Positions 51,990 through 64,000 of a stretch of 64,000 nucleotides of DNA are shown here, in pieces (position 1 is the first letter of the stretch; every line of letters begins with the position of its first letter). Source of the stretch: Octopus bimaculoides (taxonomy: Eukaryota). The translations under genes and the position numbers were made by a program. Location: NCBI RefSeq assembly GCF_001194135.2, contig NC_068982.1:12492633-12556632 (forward strand), written 5' to 3'. The notes under the pieces are model-generated. The model did no database searches, had not been told where the DNA came from, and saw nothing but the letters and a program-made list of their open reading frames with translations.

Positions 51990-52830
51990 TAAGGCAGGCA
52001 AACTGCTTCATGGCATTTCGTTTGTGTTTACAGTTTGAACTCAAGTTCTGCTGAATTGTCTTTGCCTTTCATCTTTCAAGGTTGAGAAAATAAGTACCAG
52101 TTGAAGACTGGGGTTGATGCAATTAACCTAATTCCTCCCCTGCAATTGCTGGCCTTGTGCCAAATATTTGATACCAATATGATAAATAAAGACAGTGAGC
52201 TGGCAGAAAAGTTAGCATGGCAGGCGAAATGCTTAGCAGTATTTCATCTGTCTTTACGTTCTGAGTTCAAATTCTGCTGAGGTCGACTTAGCCTTTCATC
52301 CTTTCAGGGTTCGATAAATTAAGTACCTGTTGTGTACTGCGGTTGATCTAATCGACTGTCCCCCACCTCCACCTAAAAATTTCTGGCCTTGTGCCTTAAG
52401 TAGAAAAGAATATGATAAATAAATTCTCTCACACAAACTCAGTCTTTGAAATGAAGGGAATTTTGTTACTTTTATAAGACATATTTATGTTGCCATATGT
52501 AACATTGTTCCCTTCAAGTCATTGACAGGACAACAACCATTTATAACATTCCAAACTGCATGAAGACAAACACTATTCCAGCTAAACAGTAATCTTTCTC
52601 CGTCTCAAATAATTCTTGATCATTTGTGTTCCTTATTCTAACATTATTGTTTTATGTCCAAGGCAGTGAGCTGGCAGAATCATTAGCATGCGGGACGAAA
52701 TGTTTAGCAGTATTTTGCCCATCGCTGCATTCTGAGTTCAAACTCTGTCAAGGTCGACCTTGCCTGGAGTTGATGTAATTGACGAGTCCCCTTCCCCAAA
52801 ATTTCAGGCCTTGTGCTTTGAATAAAAAGG
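51990..52830 (+). mobile_element. Cluster of three Nin-domain SINEs (about 51990-52175, 52195-52410 and 52662-52830)
   Basis: Nin cores. TSDs aatatgataaataaa (second copy) and attat.gttttatgtcca (third copy, internally deleted). Confidence 0.8.
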
Positions 52831-53114
52831 ATTATAGTTTTATGTCCATTATAAGTTTAGGTCTGTTTCCATCATACCATTTCAGTCAGAAAGTAAACTA
52901 GTCATAAGAAAATATTTCCTCTTTTGTATTCAGTATATACTATTTGGTAATGTGTTCTCAATCATTAACTTCCATCTTTTTAAACACTAATTGATTTCCT
53001 TCTGATTCCAAAAGAAATTTTCAAGAGAACAGATCTACACAAGCTATGGGCATACTCTGGTCCCTAGTTAAGCAAATAAACTTAACACTGTTAGTCAAGC
53101 TTAACGTGTTTATG

Positions 53115-53495
53115 TTATTACCTACGCCTTAGCAAAGGCAGAGGTATTGTTTTCAGTCGTGTTTGTTTGTTTGTCCATGGACAAGATATCTCAAGAGCCG
53201 CTGAGTGGATTTGGATGAAACTCTCAGAGATGTCTGGCCTTGTAACTGGCACAAATTTATTCGATTGTGGGAGGGATCAATCCGGTACCAGACAAGGATT
53301 CTGGATTAATTTTCTTGTTTTTTTTTTACTTAATTTTTGAGAGCAATTGCGTTCATTTTTAGTATTCTCATTTGTGAGAGCAGTTGAGGTTATTTCAGAT
53401 ATTCTCGTTTTAAAAATCACCTCTGGATAACCGTTGAGAGGACATTGGTGTTGCCTTGGTGGAGGTTTGCACTCTCTGAATACTCTTGCTTCTAT
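53115..53495 (+). mobile_element. Helentron/HINE-like non-autonomous element
   Basis: ttattacct.cgcctt..aaggcagagg 5' end, short (TTTG)n, and ccttggtggaggt..ctctctga 3' end, matching the subterminal-IR layout of this class. Confidence 0.5.
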
Positions 53496-54164
53496 TTTAT
53501 TTTTTTTTACTTCACAAGTTCTTATATGTCATGATATGTAAATGAATTTCTTCATATAAATCTGAACCTAAGTGCTTACCTGTATATTTCTATAAGTGTA
53601 ATAGTTTACATATGTATATGCATGTAAGTACACCTAAGTGTATCAGTATGAGAAGGTTATTACATTAGCGTGTGTATAGGCTGCATATACTTAAATGCAT
53701 TCTCGTAAAATGACACATGCTCTGTGGCTTCAAATTACCATTTCTTACAGAGAAATTTCTGTTTCCAAGGCTTCTGCACGCAATGTAATAACAAATGCCA
53801 CAAGATAAATATCAAGAAGAAACGTATTTCCAACATATAGTGAATAGCAAATCAATTTTAAAATGAAAGACCAGTTACGATTAAACCAATAGTATTATTA
53901 ACATCAACACAAGTACATAGCTTCATTACTAATGGACATTGTTGTTAGTATTCAAGAGATACATAGCAAAGTTACAATGTCTGCAAGTCATACAGTTTAT
54001 ATTACATTTTTGATACAAATTCGAAATTATTAAAACCTGAAAATATTTTACTTTTTTATTGCTTTATTTTGCTATTACTATTTGCATGCCTGACATCTTT
54101 TTCTTCATATCTTTTATTTCACCTCTCAATTTTTTTTTTGCTTCTTCCATTCTTCTCCACCCCC

Positions 54165-54195
<31 letters not shown>

Positions 54196-54205
54196 NNNNN
54201 NNNNN

Positions 54206-54257
<52 letters not shown>

Positions 54258-55372
54258 GACTACATCTATTAAAGTAATAATATATCGCATTCCTCTTTGA
54301 TGAAAGCTTAAACTTTTCCCTACCATTTCCCAACTGCTACAGTAAATCTATTATCTATGATAAATTAATGTACCTCTGTAACTTCTTTTCTCTTTTGCAC
54401 CACGCATGTGGAGAGAGGAGAATGGAAAAAGTGGGAAGCTAAAAGCTTGTAAGGTTTACTTTTGACGATAATAGACCAAAAATAATCCTAATGAGAAGAG
54501 ATTCTTCTTTTATCTATTAAAAAAAATCTGTTTACTTTATAAAGAATGACCTTTGCTTTCAGAATTCTTCAGATATAAGATGGTCTTTTCACATATTTAC
54601 CTAAAAATTTCCCAACTGATATAAACTACATTGTCCTACATATTTTAATTTTTGCAGGAATTGTTGAAGAAATTATTTTACACCTGAATATTCGTCCTAA
54701 TGTTAACAACTCAGTGATTTATGTGGCAGAAGTATCTATTTCCAGCTTGGCATCAGTAAAATAATGTACCTAATGTACAGATACACATTACAGTTCCACA
54801 CATTTACCAATATATTTTTTTCTCTTGTATATTTTATTTGAAAACAAAATATGGTTTAGATTAATTGAAAATCAAGAAGAAATAAAAATAACAAAAAATT
54901 TAATTTCTTTTTTTAAAAGTAATATTTTTGGAATGTCAATATTGTACCTACCTAATAGATAGATGCTTTAAATAGGTTTAATATTGATATTTCAAAAGGT
55001 GGCAAAGAAAATAGAGTAATTATATTGGTATTAAGTTTTCTTTTCTCCGTTCTGTGTTCTAGTCCAGCTATTTCAGCCTTCAAACGTATACTGAAGCTGA
55101 TTCAATTTACTGACTGCCAGACACTCCATTGGTTATGACAACTGGAGTTCCAGTTGATTTGATCAACGGAACAGACTGCTTGTGAAATCAGTGTGCAAGT
55201 GGCTGAGCATTCATAGACACATGGACCTCTAACATAGTTCCCAGAGAGATTCAGCATGACACAAAATAGGACAAGGCCGGTCTTTTGACAGAAAAGTATT
55301 ACTAATTTTTGCCTGCTATATTCCTGTAATACAATTTACATGGGCTACTCTCACACTCCGACTGTCTCTGTC

Positions 55373-55411
<39 letters not shown>

Positions 55412-55829
55412 GTCTCTGTCTCTCTCTCTGTCTCTCTCTCTCTCTGTCTCTAACTCTCTCCACCCTTCTTCTTCTTCCTTTTCTACTGAAGTAGCCAAGT
55501 ATTTTCTCAATAACAAGAAGGCCATCTCTGTCCCTCTGCCATATTCTAATCTCTTGGTTCTGCTCCCTCTCTCAACAGAGAGTTCCTTGTCATGCAAGCT
55601 TGTGGGTGCTGGTGCCACATAAAAGCACCCATGCTGGTGTCACGTATAAAGCACTGATGCTGGTGCTACATAAAAAGCACCCAACACACTCTATAAGGTG
55701 ATTGGCATTAGGAAGGGTATCCATCTGTAGAAACCATGTCAAATCAGACTGGAGCCTGGTGCAATCTTCTGACTTGCTAACTTCTGTCAAACCATCCAAC
55801 CCATGCCAGAATGGAAAACGGATGTTAAG

Positions 55830-55899
<70 letters not shown>

Positions 55900-56803
55900 A
55901 TAAATGTTTACTTTTGGGGTATTTTATGTCATTTAGCATTGATTAAAGCAATAGGCTCAATGATATTTTTTACACCTTTAAACACAATGACTTTGTGTAG
56001 AATTGGTTAAAGCAACATATTGACTTATTTTTCATCGTTAAGCATGATGTTTTAGCAGTTTGACAAATTGGTTTTGATAAAATAGTGCCAGACTGTAAGA
56101 CAAGTACTGGGGTCAATATAATCTCCTTAACCATTGAAGGCGGTACCCCAGCTTGACAGCGGTCCTATAAATGCAACCAGTTAGAGAATACAAAAATATC
56201 TTTGCTCTTATTTTGATCATTTATATCAAGTCACTTCTTTAGAGAATTGACTTATTTCTAAATTAAAGATTTAACAGTATTTAAAGTTCAGCCTTGATTT
56301 TATTTGATATTTAAAACATTTTTTTTCTTTTGATGAAAACGATTAGGATTTTTAAAATGATAGTAAAAAAAAATCTTTCATTGCGTTCTCTTTATAAGTT
56401 AAACTGAACTCTGTTAATTCATTTTCCAGTACATTTTATCTCCCAGAAAATCATCTGACTTTATTTTGAATTATTTTTCAGTAGATAGTAACAACAAAAT
56501 GTTATTGTAATGTGTAAAGTACCCAACTATAAAGTTGCTAAATATCTGATTCAAAGTAAAGTCAAAAACATCAATAGTACCATCTGATAAATCAATATCC
56601 TGAAATCCGATACCATCATTATCATCATCATCATCATCATCATCATCGTTGTCATCATTGTCATCAGCATTTTAATTCACTTTATACTGTCAAGTCAACG
56701 GTATCAAATTTAGGGTTATGTGTACTTAGCTAATAGAAGTAACAGCTGATAACATTATTACAGCTGGAAATTATATGAAAATATTTATTGCTCAACATGG
56801 TGC

Positions 56804-56840
<37 letters not shown>

Positions 56841-56919
56841 AGTGTGTGTGTATATATATATATAGTGATAATAATGATGATGATAATAATAATAATGATG
56901 ATGATGATGATATTGAGAA

Positions 56920-57330
56920 AGAAAGCAAACGACGCTGTATCATAGATATAGCATGCCCAGCTGACAGCAAAGTATGCGATAAGGAAGAAAGTTAAGTTGA
57001 TAGATATGGCAGGTTAGCTTGGGAGGTTAAGCAGTAGTGGTTGATATAAAAGGTGGTAGTAGTACCAATAATTGTCGGAGCCCTGGGAACAGTGAGTAAA
57101 AATTTTGAGAAATACATGGAACAAATAGGGCCTGTAATAAGGGTGGAGCACTTGCAGAAAACAGCACTGCTTGGAACTGCTCGAATACTCTGGATGGTGC
57201 TCGAAAAATAAGGGGTGCTACCTTAGTTCACTGGTAGTGAATAGCTGACATTGTAGTACATCTCCAGTGTTAGAAGCTGTGCAAAGACAAGGCAGCGTGT
57301 CAGTCTCATAATCATGTTTCAATAATAATA
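56920..57330 (+). mobile_element. R4/Dong-clade 3' end ending in (AAT)n
   Basis: CIIDIACPADSKV..VVVVPIIVGALGTVSKNFEKY..LQKTALLGTARILWMVLEK*, then the UTR and aataataat. Confidence 0.9.
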
Positions 57331-57399
57331 ATAATGATTCTTAAACATTCTCTAGAACAACACTATATACAAATCCAAATATATGGTACCCGAGGCATA

Positions 57400-57491
57400 A
57401 CACCTACATGAACTTCTAACTTGTTGTCTCTTGAGGTCTCTGGGTGGGACTTGGATCCAACTTGTACAAATGCAAAGCAAAAGTCAAACAA

Positions 57492-57545
<54 letters not shown>
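57400..57545 (+). mobile_element. Probable second R4/Dong-type 3' UTR ending in (AAT)n
   Basis: gaggtctctgggtgggacttgg..aaagtcaaac followed by a long (AAT)n. Assigned from layout and context only. Confidence 0.4.
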
Positions 57546-57553
<8 letters not shown>

Positions 57554-57594
57554 CAACAACAACAACAATAACTATAATAAGAATAAATATATAT

Positions 57595-58215
57595 GTTTCT
57601 TGCAGAAAACAATTTACTTCCAGTAGGACAAAAGGGATGCCATGAAGGATACAAGAGCACCAAGGACTCCCTTGTGATAGACAAGATTGCAATGAAGAAC
57701 TGTAAATGGTACCAAAAAAAAACTTGTGCATGGCCTGGGTAGACTTTAAAAGGGCTTACGACATGTTGCCACATTTATGGATTTTGGAAACATTCGACAT
57801 GTGTGGAATAGCTGAGAACATGTGTGCACTGATTAAGAACAGCGTGCCTAGTCGGAAAATACGTCTTTTCTGTAACAGCCAGCACTTAGCCAACATACAC
57901 AGGAAAAGGTAATGGACGGAAAGGGGAATGCAAAAATCCTTGGGGACTTTGACTTCCAGACAGACAAGGTGTTAGAGCACGAAAGGCCGGATATTATAAT
58001 CTTTAGGAGGGACAAACAAAAGTGCCTAGTAATTGGCGTGACAGTACCAGGAGATCAACATATTATCATGAAAGAAAGAGAAAAGATTGATAAATATGGA
58101 GACCTGAGAATTGAGATTGCTAAGATGTGGCAGCTACGAGAGTCATACACAAAGGTTGTCCCTATTGTCATCAGAGCATTGGGTTCAATACTACCCAACC
58201 AAATTAAATTGTGAA
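57595..58215 (+). mobile_element. R4/Dong-clade fragment with partial RT fused to REL endonuclease
   Basis: NLCMAWVDFKRAYDMLPHLWIL (RT) is followed directly by KILGDFDFQTDKVLEHERPDIII..EKIDKYGDL (REL). Confidence 0.9.
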
Positions 58216-59296
58216 AAAATGAATTTTTCCACAATTTGAAGTTGAAAATGTCACAAAGACTGAAACCGGTATGGAAACATTCTTCATAATAAAATTATTT
58301 TGGCATTTTTTACCTTGTCTTATTTTCCTTATACATGTCAACTCATGTGATACTTTTCAACCTCCTACAAACACACACACACACACACACACATATTGAA
58401 TTGATACAAGTGATGCTTTGTTGCTGCATTTTGCACTAAGCAGCGAAGGATCATGGGAATGTGATCCTTTAGTTATTACTAATAAAAACATCACCATATA
58501 TAAAATTGTCTAACAGTTATGTATAGGTAATATTCATCGTTTATTTCACATTTAATATATTCATCTATTGATGTTTTTTTTTCCATTTTGCCTTTGTAAA
58601 TCCTCTATAGTTAATCATTTCATTTCTCTGTGATATTGTGAATCGGATGGCAGTACTATTAACTAATGTTTTCCCATTTATCTATTTTCCACATGCACTC
58701 AATATAATGTGTTGTAATAATTCCTTGTTGTAAATGCATCATCAACTAATAAACACAAAGTGTTATAACTGCATGTCCAATATAATAGTCTGCGTAATGA
58801 TATTACATCGTTCATGCCTATGTTTTCATTGAAATTTGTATATTAATTGGTTGTTCAGAGAATGATATGTAGTTTTCAAGTTTGTGATTTCATGTCAATG
58901 AGATAGTTTTGTTGTTAATGTAATATTTTCTGTTAGTTTTTACTTCCTTGTGATGCATGTTGTGCTATGTTTTCAGAATTTTTCAATTGTATAATAAGAG
59001 TTCATTTGGTTCATGTTGCATATTATGTATGGTATTGCATGCTTTTATTTTTGTTGTAACTGTGTGGATCAGTTTGTTCTTTTATTTTGCTACAGCTTGG
59101 CCTGTTGTCCAGACTATAGAAAAATAAGGAAGTAAAAGGTGCAGGCATGGCTGTGTGTTAAGAAGTTTGCTTACCAACCACGCGGTTCTGAGCTCAGTCT
59201 CACTACATGACACCTTTGGCATATCTCTTCTACTATAGTCTTGAGCTAAAGCCTGGTCAATGGATTTGGTTGAAAGAAACTGAAAGAAGCTTGTTG

Positions 59297-59345
<49 letters not shown>

Positions 59346-59398
59346 GTCTGTCTGTCTGTCTCTCTTTCCGTCTGTCTGCCTGCCTGACTATCTGTCTG

Positions 59399-59451
<53 letters not shown>

Positions 59452-59948
59452 TTAAAGTGCCCATGTGATAACTGTAAACCTACTTTTGGGCCACCCTCTA
59501 TATATGGAAAAGTGAATATTAAACCAAACAAGGATATCTGAGTCATGCAAGCATGGAACGGTAGATACATATATATATTCTGATGCCAACCTGATCACCA
59601 AATCTTGTTCTAATTTAAAATATTGCAGAAGACTCATAATCCTATATACTTTAATTAAAAAATTTCCAAATTGTAAAAATAAATCTCATTCAACCAACAA
59701 CTACAATCTACTGACTACTTATGTGTATCCAGTATCTTTGCAAAATTTTAGCTTTAACATTATTTTTGTTTGTCATTTCTATTTGTGCTTACATTTAGAG
59801 ATTGACAGAACAAAGTGGTAACAGAAAAAAAAAATTAGTAGAAAATCAAAATTAGATGAAGAAACTACATTCTATGATGATAGGGTTGTGCAAAGGATGA
59901 CATAAAATGAAATAGAATTGAATAACAAAGAAAGAAATTTGCCATTAC

Positions 59949-60141
59949 TTGCATATATAAGCATCATTATGTGCGGTCGGCAAGAGAGATTTGGTGAAGC
60001 AGAACAAGACTGCTTTCAGTTCCAATGAAGGATGTTCTCTTAACAGTCGTTGTTTTTTTTTCAGAAAGTGGCTGAACCCACTTCTTATAGGCTCTGTCAT
60101 TGGGGAGGAACTCTGATACTGTGGATCATCAAAAATCATCT
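59949..60141 (-). CDS. Candidate exon (MIFDDPQYQSSSPMTEPIRSGFSHFLKKKQRLLREHPSLELKAVLFCFTKSLLPTAHNDAYIC)
   Basis: A 193-nt open frame bounded exactly by acceptor tttgcttttaattcaaagacag and donor CAA|gtaatg, with locally higher GC. Phase 1 to 2. No homologue recognised. Confidence 0.35.
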
Positions 60142-60900
60142 CTGTCTTTGAATTAAAAGCAAAATTAATCTGAGTTAAACCTTACATTACTTAGGAAATT
60201 GAAACAAGAGTAATTTGTACAGAACCACTGAATCTTCTTCAAACTGCTTCTCTACTATAGAGCCTACCTAAAAAAAAAATAAATAAATAAAGTATTATTT
60301 CGAAAGTTAAAAAGTAATAATTATTAAGGTATATTTTTGCAACTGCCCAAGATAACAGAACAGATGGCATTCATAAGTTAATTACTAAGAAACTTTTAAC
60401 ATTACTAAACATCATAGGCAACCTAGATATCTAATTAGAATTTGTCAGAGATTGGCATAGTATTTAACTGTATTTTAGCATGAAATTTTTAATTTGAAAC
60501 TTTCTGACACTTGACCGGGCAACTCTAAAATTAGATTGACCCAATTCATGTAAATATAGATATATTGATAAGGCTGGTTCTTAAGGATAGCTTAACTCAA
60601 TTGGCACGTGACATGCTATGTGAAAAACATGTCATTAAAGAGCTAATGAAGTGTATCTGATTTCAGTATTCAGAATGCCATTTGATCCAGGACTATGAAC
60701 CATTATCCAGGACTATGAACCATTATCATAAACTGTTATCAAATTCAATATGTTTTATCTCTACTTTTGTAAATGTAATCTGTTGGTGATTATTGCTAGT
60801 GGTGGTAAATGATGAACGAAAATATCTATACTATTTATTTATGTCTCTTTGCACTCTAAGTTCAAATTTTTACAGGATCAATAAAACAGTGAAGTACTTA

Positions 60901-61225
60901 AAAGATACAGAAATAATTTATTCTCAAACGCATGATAATGCTAATACCATAGCATGAACAAGATAAACTATACATATATTGCAAAACATTTCATTACCGG
61001 CCAGCCATGAGACTCGAACTCACATCCCTGTGATTACACGTCAAGTGCTTTACCTTTAAACTAAACTACCCAAGCACTTGATGCATAATCACAGGGATGT
61101 GAGTTTGAGTCTCATAGCTGGCTGGCTGGTAACGAATTTTTCTGCAATATATGGATATTTCATTCTGTCCATGCTATTGTATTAGCATTATCCTGCGTTT
61201 GAGAATAAATTATTTCTGTATCTTT
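60901..61225. mobile_element. Fold-back element of two inverted tRNA-derived arms
   Basis: Arms 60901-61050 and 61072-61225 are reverse complements, separated by a 21-nt spacer. The B box reads gttcgagtc / gtttgagtc. Confidence 0.85.
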
Positions 61226-63074
61226 CAATAAATCTCAACGCTTCTAAAGCAAACTTTGTTTACTTTCATCGTAAGTTGAAAGTAAAGTACTTGTTTGATA
61301 TAAATGACTATGGGCCCCAAAATATTGGCCTAGTGACTCTATTAGAAGTTGATATTAACTGATAACCTCTTCAGAAGATTCAATTAGATGTGGTTGTTTC
61401 TTGTATCAACATAGAATTTCAAGTGATTGAGTTTCTTTGCAGTTACTCAGCCTGCTATGAATAACAGTTGAATTTCAAGTACATTACATGGTACTCTTTT
61501 AAGTGCCATGTAAAAAGCACTCAGTGCACTCTGTAGAGTTGTTAGTGTTAGGAAGGGCATTCAGCTGTGGAAACCTTAAAAAAAAACCCAGACAAATAGA
61601 GCCCTGTGCAGCTCACACGTTTGCCAACTCCTGTAAAGCCATCCTACCCATACTAGCATGGAAAACAGACGTTAAATGATAATGATGAAATACACATTTG
61701 ACACTGTAGTCTGATGCAAACCACTCTTGAATAATTGTTTTTCATTTTAAGAGTTAATCAGTCTGTCAGGACTGACTCTGATTTGAACAACAAAAACAAA
61801 AACAAAACATTATACCTTTTTTTAAATTTTTCAATTAAATCATTTCATTTCGTTATGACCTGTTAAACTATTTAAAAATACATTCTTTAGCCTATCACAC
61901 CTTACAGATAAATATATCTATTTTATTGGAAAATTATTATATTAAAATGTTTTTCAAAGACAGAAATAATATTTAAATCTTGTTGATCATTTTAACCAGA
62001 ATGTTTCCATATATTTTCTTTTTATGATCTTATCATAATTTTCTTATCTTTGCTTCCTAGATAATTGTATAATTTGCTAAAAAGCCTTTTAGAAGATAAA
62101 AATAGAGTGCTATCACATAGATTTCTTTCTTTTTCTTTTTTAATTTCTAGGTTCTCGAGTTACTTGTAGATTTCTAATGATCTTTCTATTTATTTGGATT
62201 ACAGACATCTATTCTTGTTTACTGGGTTAAACCACTGGTAGAATTGCTTAAAGTAATTGTCAGGGAATTATGTCTGTCTAAATTGCTTCAATATCTTGTT
62301 ATTTCGTCAAGAATGGCAATTATTCTTTGTATAATTTCCTCTCTTATAAACTTTGAATTATAAATAGAAGTTATTTTCTCAACCAAACTTACATCACTTC
62401 CTCTACAAATAATGTCTGTTTGAGGTGAAAAATCGTGTCCATATTCATCATAGTCTAAAACTATGTATGTATGTAATGTATGTATGTATGTATGTATGTA
62501 TGTACGTACATATGTACATATGTATGTATGTATACACAGATGCACACATTAGAAAACTCGATAGACAGATTAATACTCATGAGAGAAAGAGGGAAAGTGA
62601 GAGAACATACACATGCAGACATATATGTGTGTGTGTGAGTGTAGTAATTTCGTATTTTGCTTTGAAGCAAGGTACAAACCTGAATTTTCAGCTGTAGCCA
62701 AATCGAATAAACTACCCCCAATCCTTGTTAGAGCATTCTGTGTAAATGGGGTCAGGGCAGGCTAGTCTGTGCTCACATCAAATTACATAATTCTTGCAAT
62801 TACGGAAGAAAACAAAGCCACATTTTCTTCCATAACTGCCAGCTCTGATGAACACATTATACAATCGGGCTGTTATCTAACATCTGATTTAACATCCAGT
62901 GTGAAACCAATGGATAAGTCTGGCCATAATGGATATATAACACTCTAGGTTTCGACTAATGTGCATATATATATATATATATAATAAATAATAAATAATA
63001 TATAATATATATGTATATATGTGTGTATATAATAATAATAATATTAGGGATAAAAATCCAAATTTACAGGTAAA

Positions 63075-63127
<53 letters not shown>

Positions 63128-63162
<35 letters not shown>

Positions 63163-63340
63163 GTTTAACGTCCGCTTTCCATGCTAGCATGGGTTGGATG
63201 ACTTGACTGAGGACTGGTGAAACCGGATGGCAACACCAGGCTCCAATCTAATTTGGCAGAGTTCTACAGCTGGATGCCCTTCCTAACGCCAACCACTCAG
63301 AGAGTGTAGTAGTAGGTGCTTTTACGTGTCACCTGCACGA
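63128..63340 (-). mobile_element. Young RTE 3' tail in (TA)n
   Basis: Differs from 47698-47868 at only a handful of positions. Confidence 0.9.
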
Positions 63341-64000
63341 AATATATACCTGCATATATGATGAGTACAGGACATTACTGACAGTGCAAATAACATGAAA
63401 TATATAAACAAATGAGGGAAAAATGAGAGAAGTATATAAACAACAAGAAAACATGGAAAACAGGACAAGTAAACACAGAGAAAGGACTCTTCATTAGTTG
63501 TCGGCTATCTATCTACTCCGCATTTTGAGCATTCAATGACAATATGAATATGAGTCTTCAAAGACAGCTGCTCCCATAAATTCTAAAAATAAAATTCAGG
63601 ATTTATGGAGGGTCAAAGTTGGGGATAAAAAAAATGACAGTAGAGACATACAAGGAAACTGAACAAAAACAAACAGGGAGGGTCATTAGACCAGAACAAG
63701 AGGAAAATAGTGAACACTGTGAGAAACATTTTTTTTTTGTAAAGAGAAAAGATAGAAGAGAAAGAGAATAACTCGTCTGCTCTTTTAAACATCCGTCCTG
63801 GAAAAGAAAGATGGTCATGTGAGGAAAAGAAAAACGGACGATGGTCACATGTGACCAACAAGAGAGGAAGAGAAAGAAAAAGAGAAAGAGGTAGGGGAGT
63901 ATATATATATATATATTATTTTAAACAAAATAATATATTCCTCTATACACAATCATACAAAAAAACCACCTTTTTTGTATTTATTTTTACTCGCATATAT

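Overview
This is AT-rich eukaryotic (animal) DNA with no prokaryotic features. The repeat families resemble those I know from octopus genomes, so a cephalopod origin is likely (inference). Seven N-gaps each abut a simple repeat or an RTE tail. The window is mostly microsatellites and transposable-element debris: tRNA-derived SINEs (Nin-domain, CORE-like and V-like), RTE LINE remnants and many RTE 3' tails ending in (GAT)n, R4/Dong-clade LINE fragments (RT and REL endonuclease), a mariner remnant, and mariner, piggyBac, hAT and Helentron-type non-autonomous elements. Nearly all ORF-track entries are microsatellite, gap or LINE artefacts. I found no intact recognisable gene. Short splice-flanked open frames in unique DNA suggest a multi-exon host gene, but its strand and identity are unresolved. 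The most interesting signal is at least seven minimal type-I hammerhead-ribozyme-like motifs (CUGANGA, stem II, GAAA, often a palindromic stem III) from several unrelated sequence families, some inside Penelope-type inverted repeats. There is also a 325-bp fold-back element built from two inverted tRNA-derived halves.
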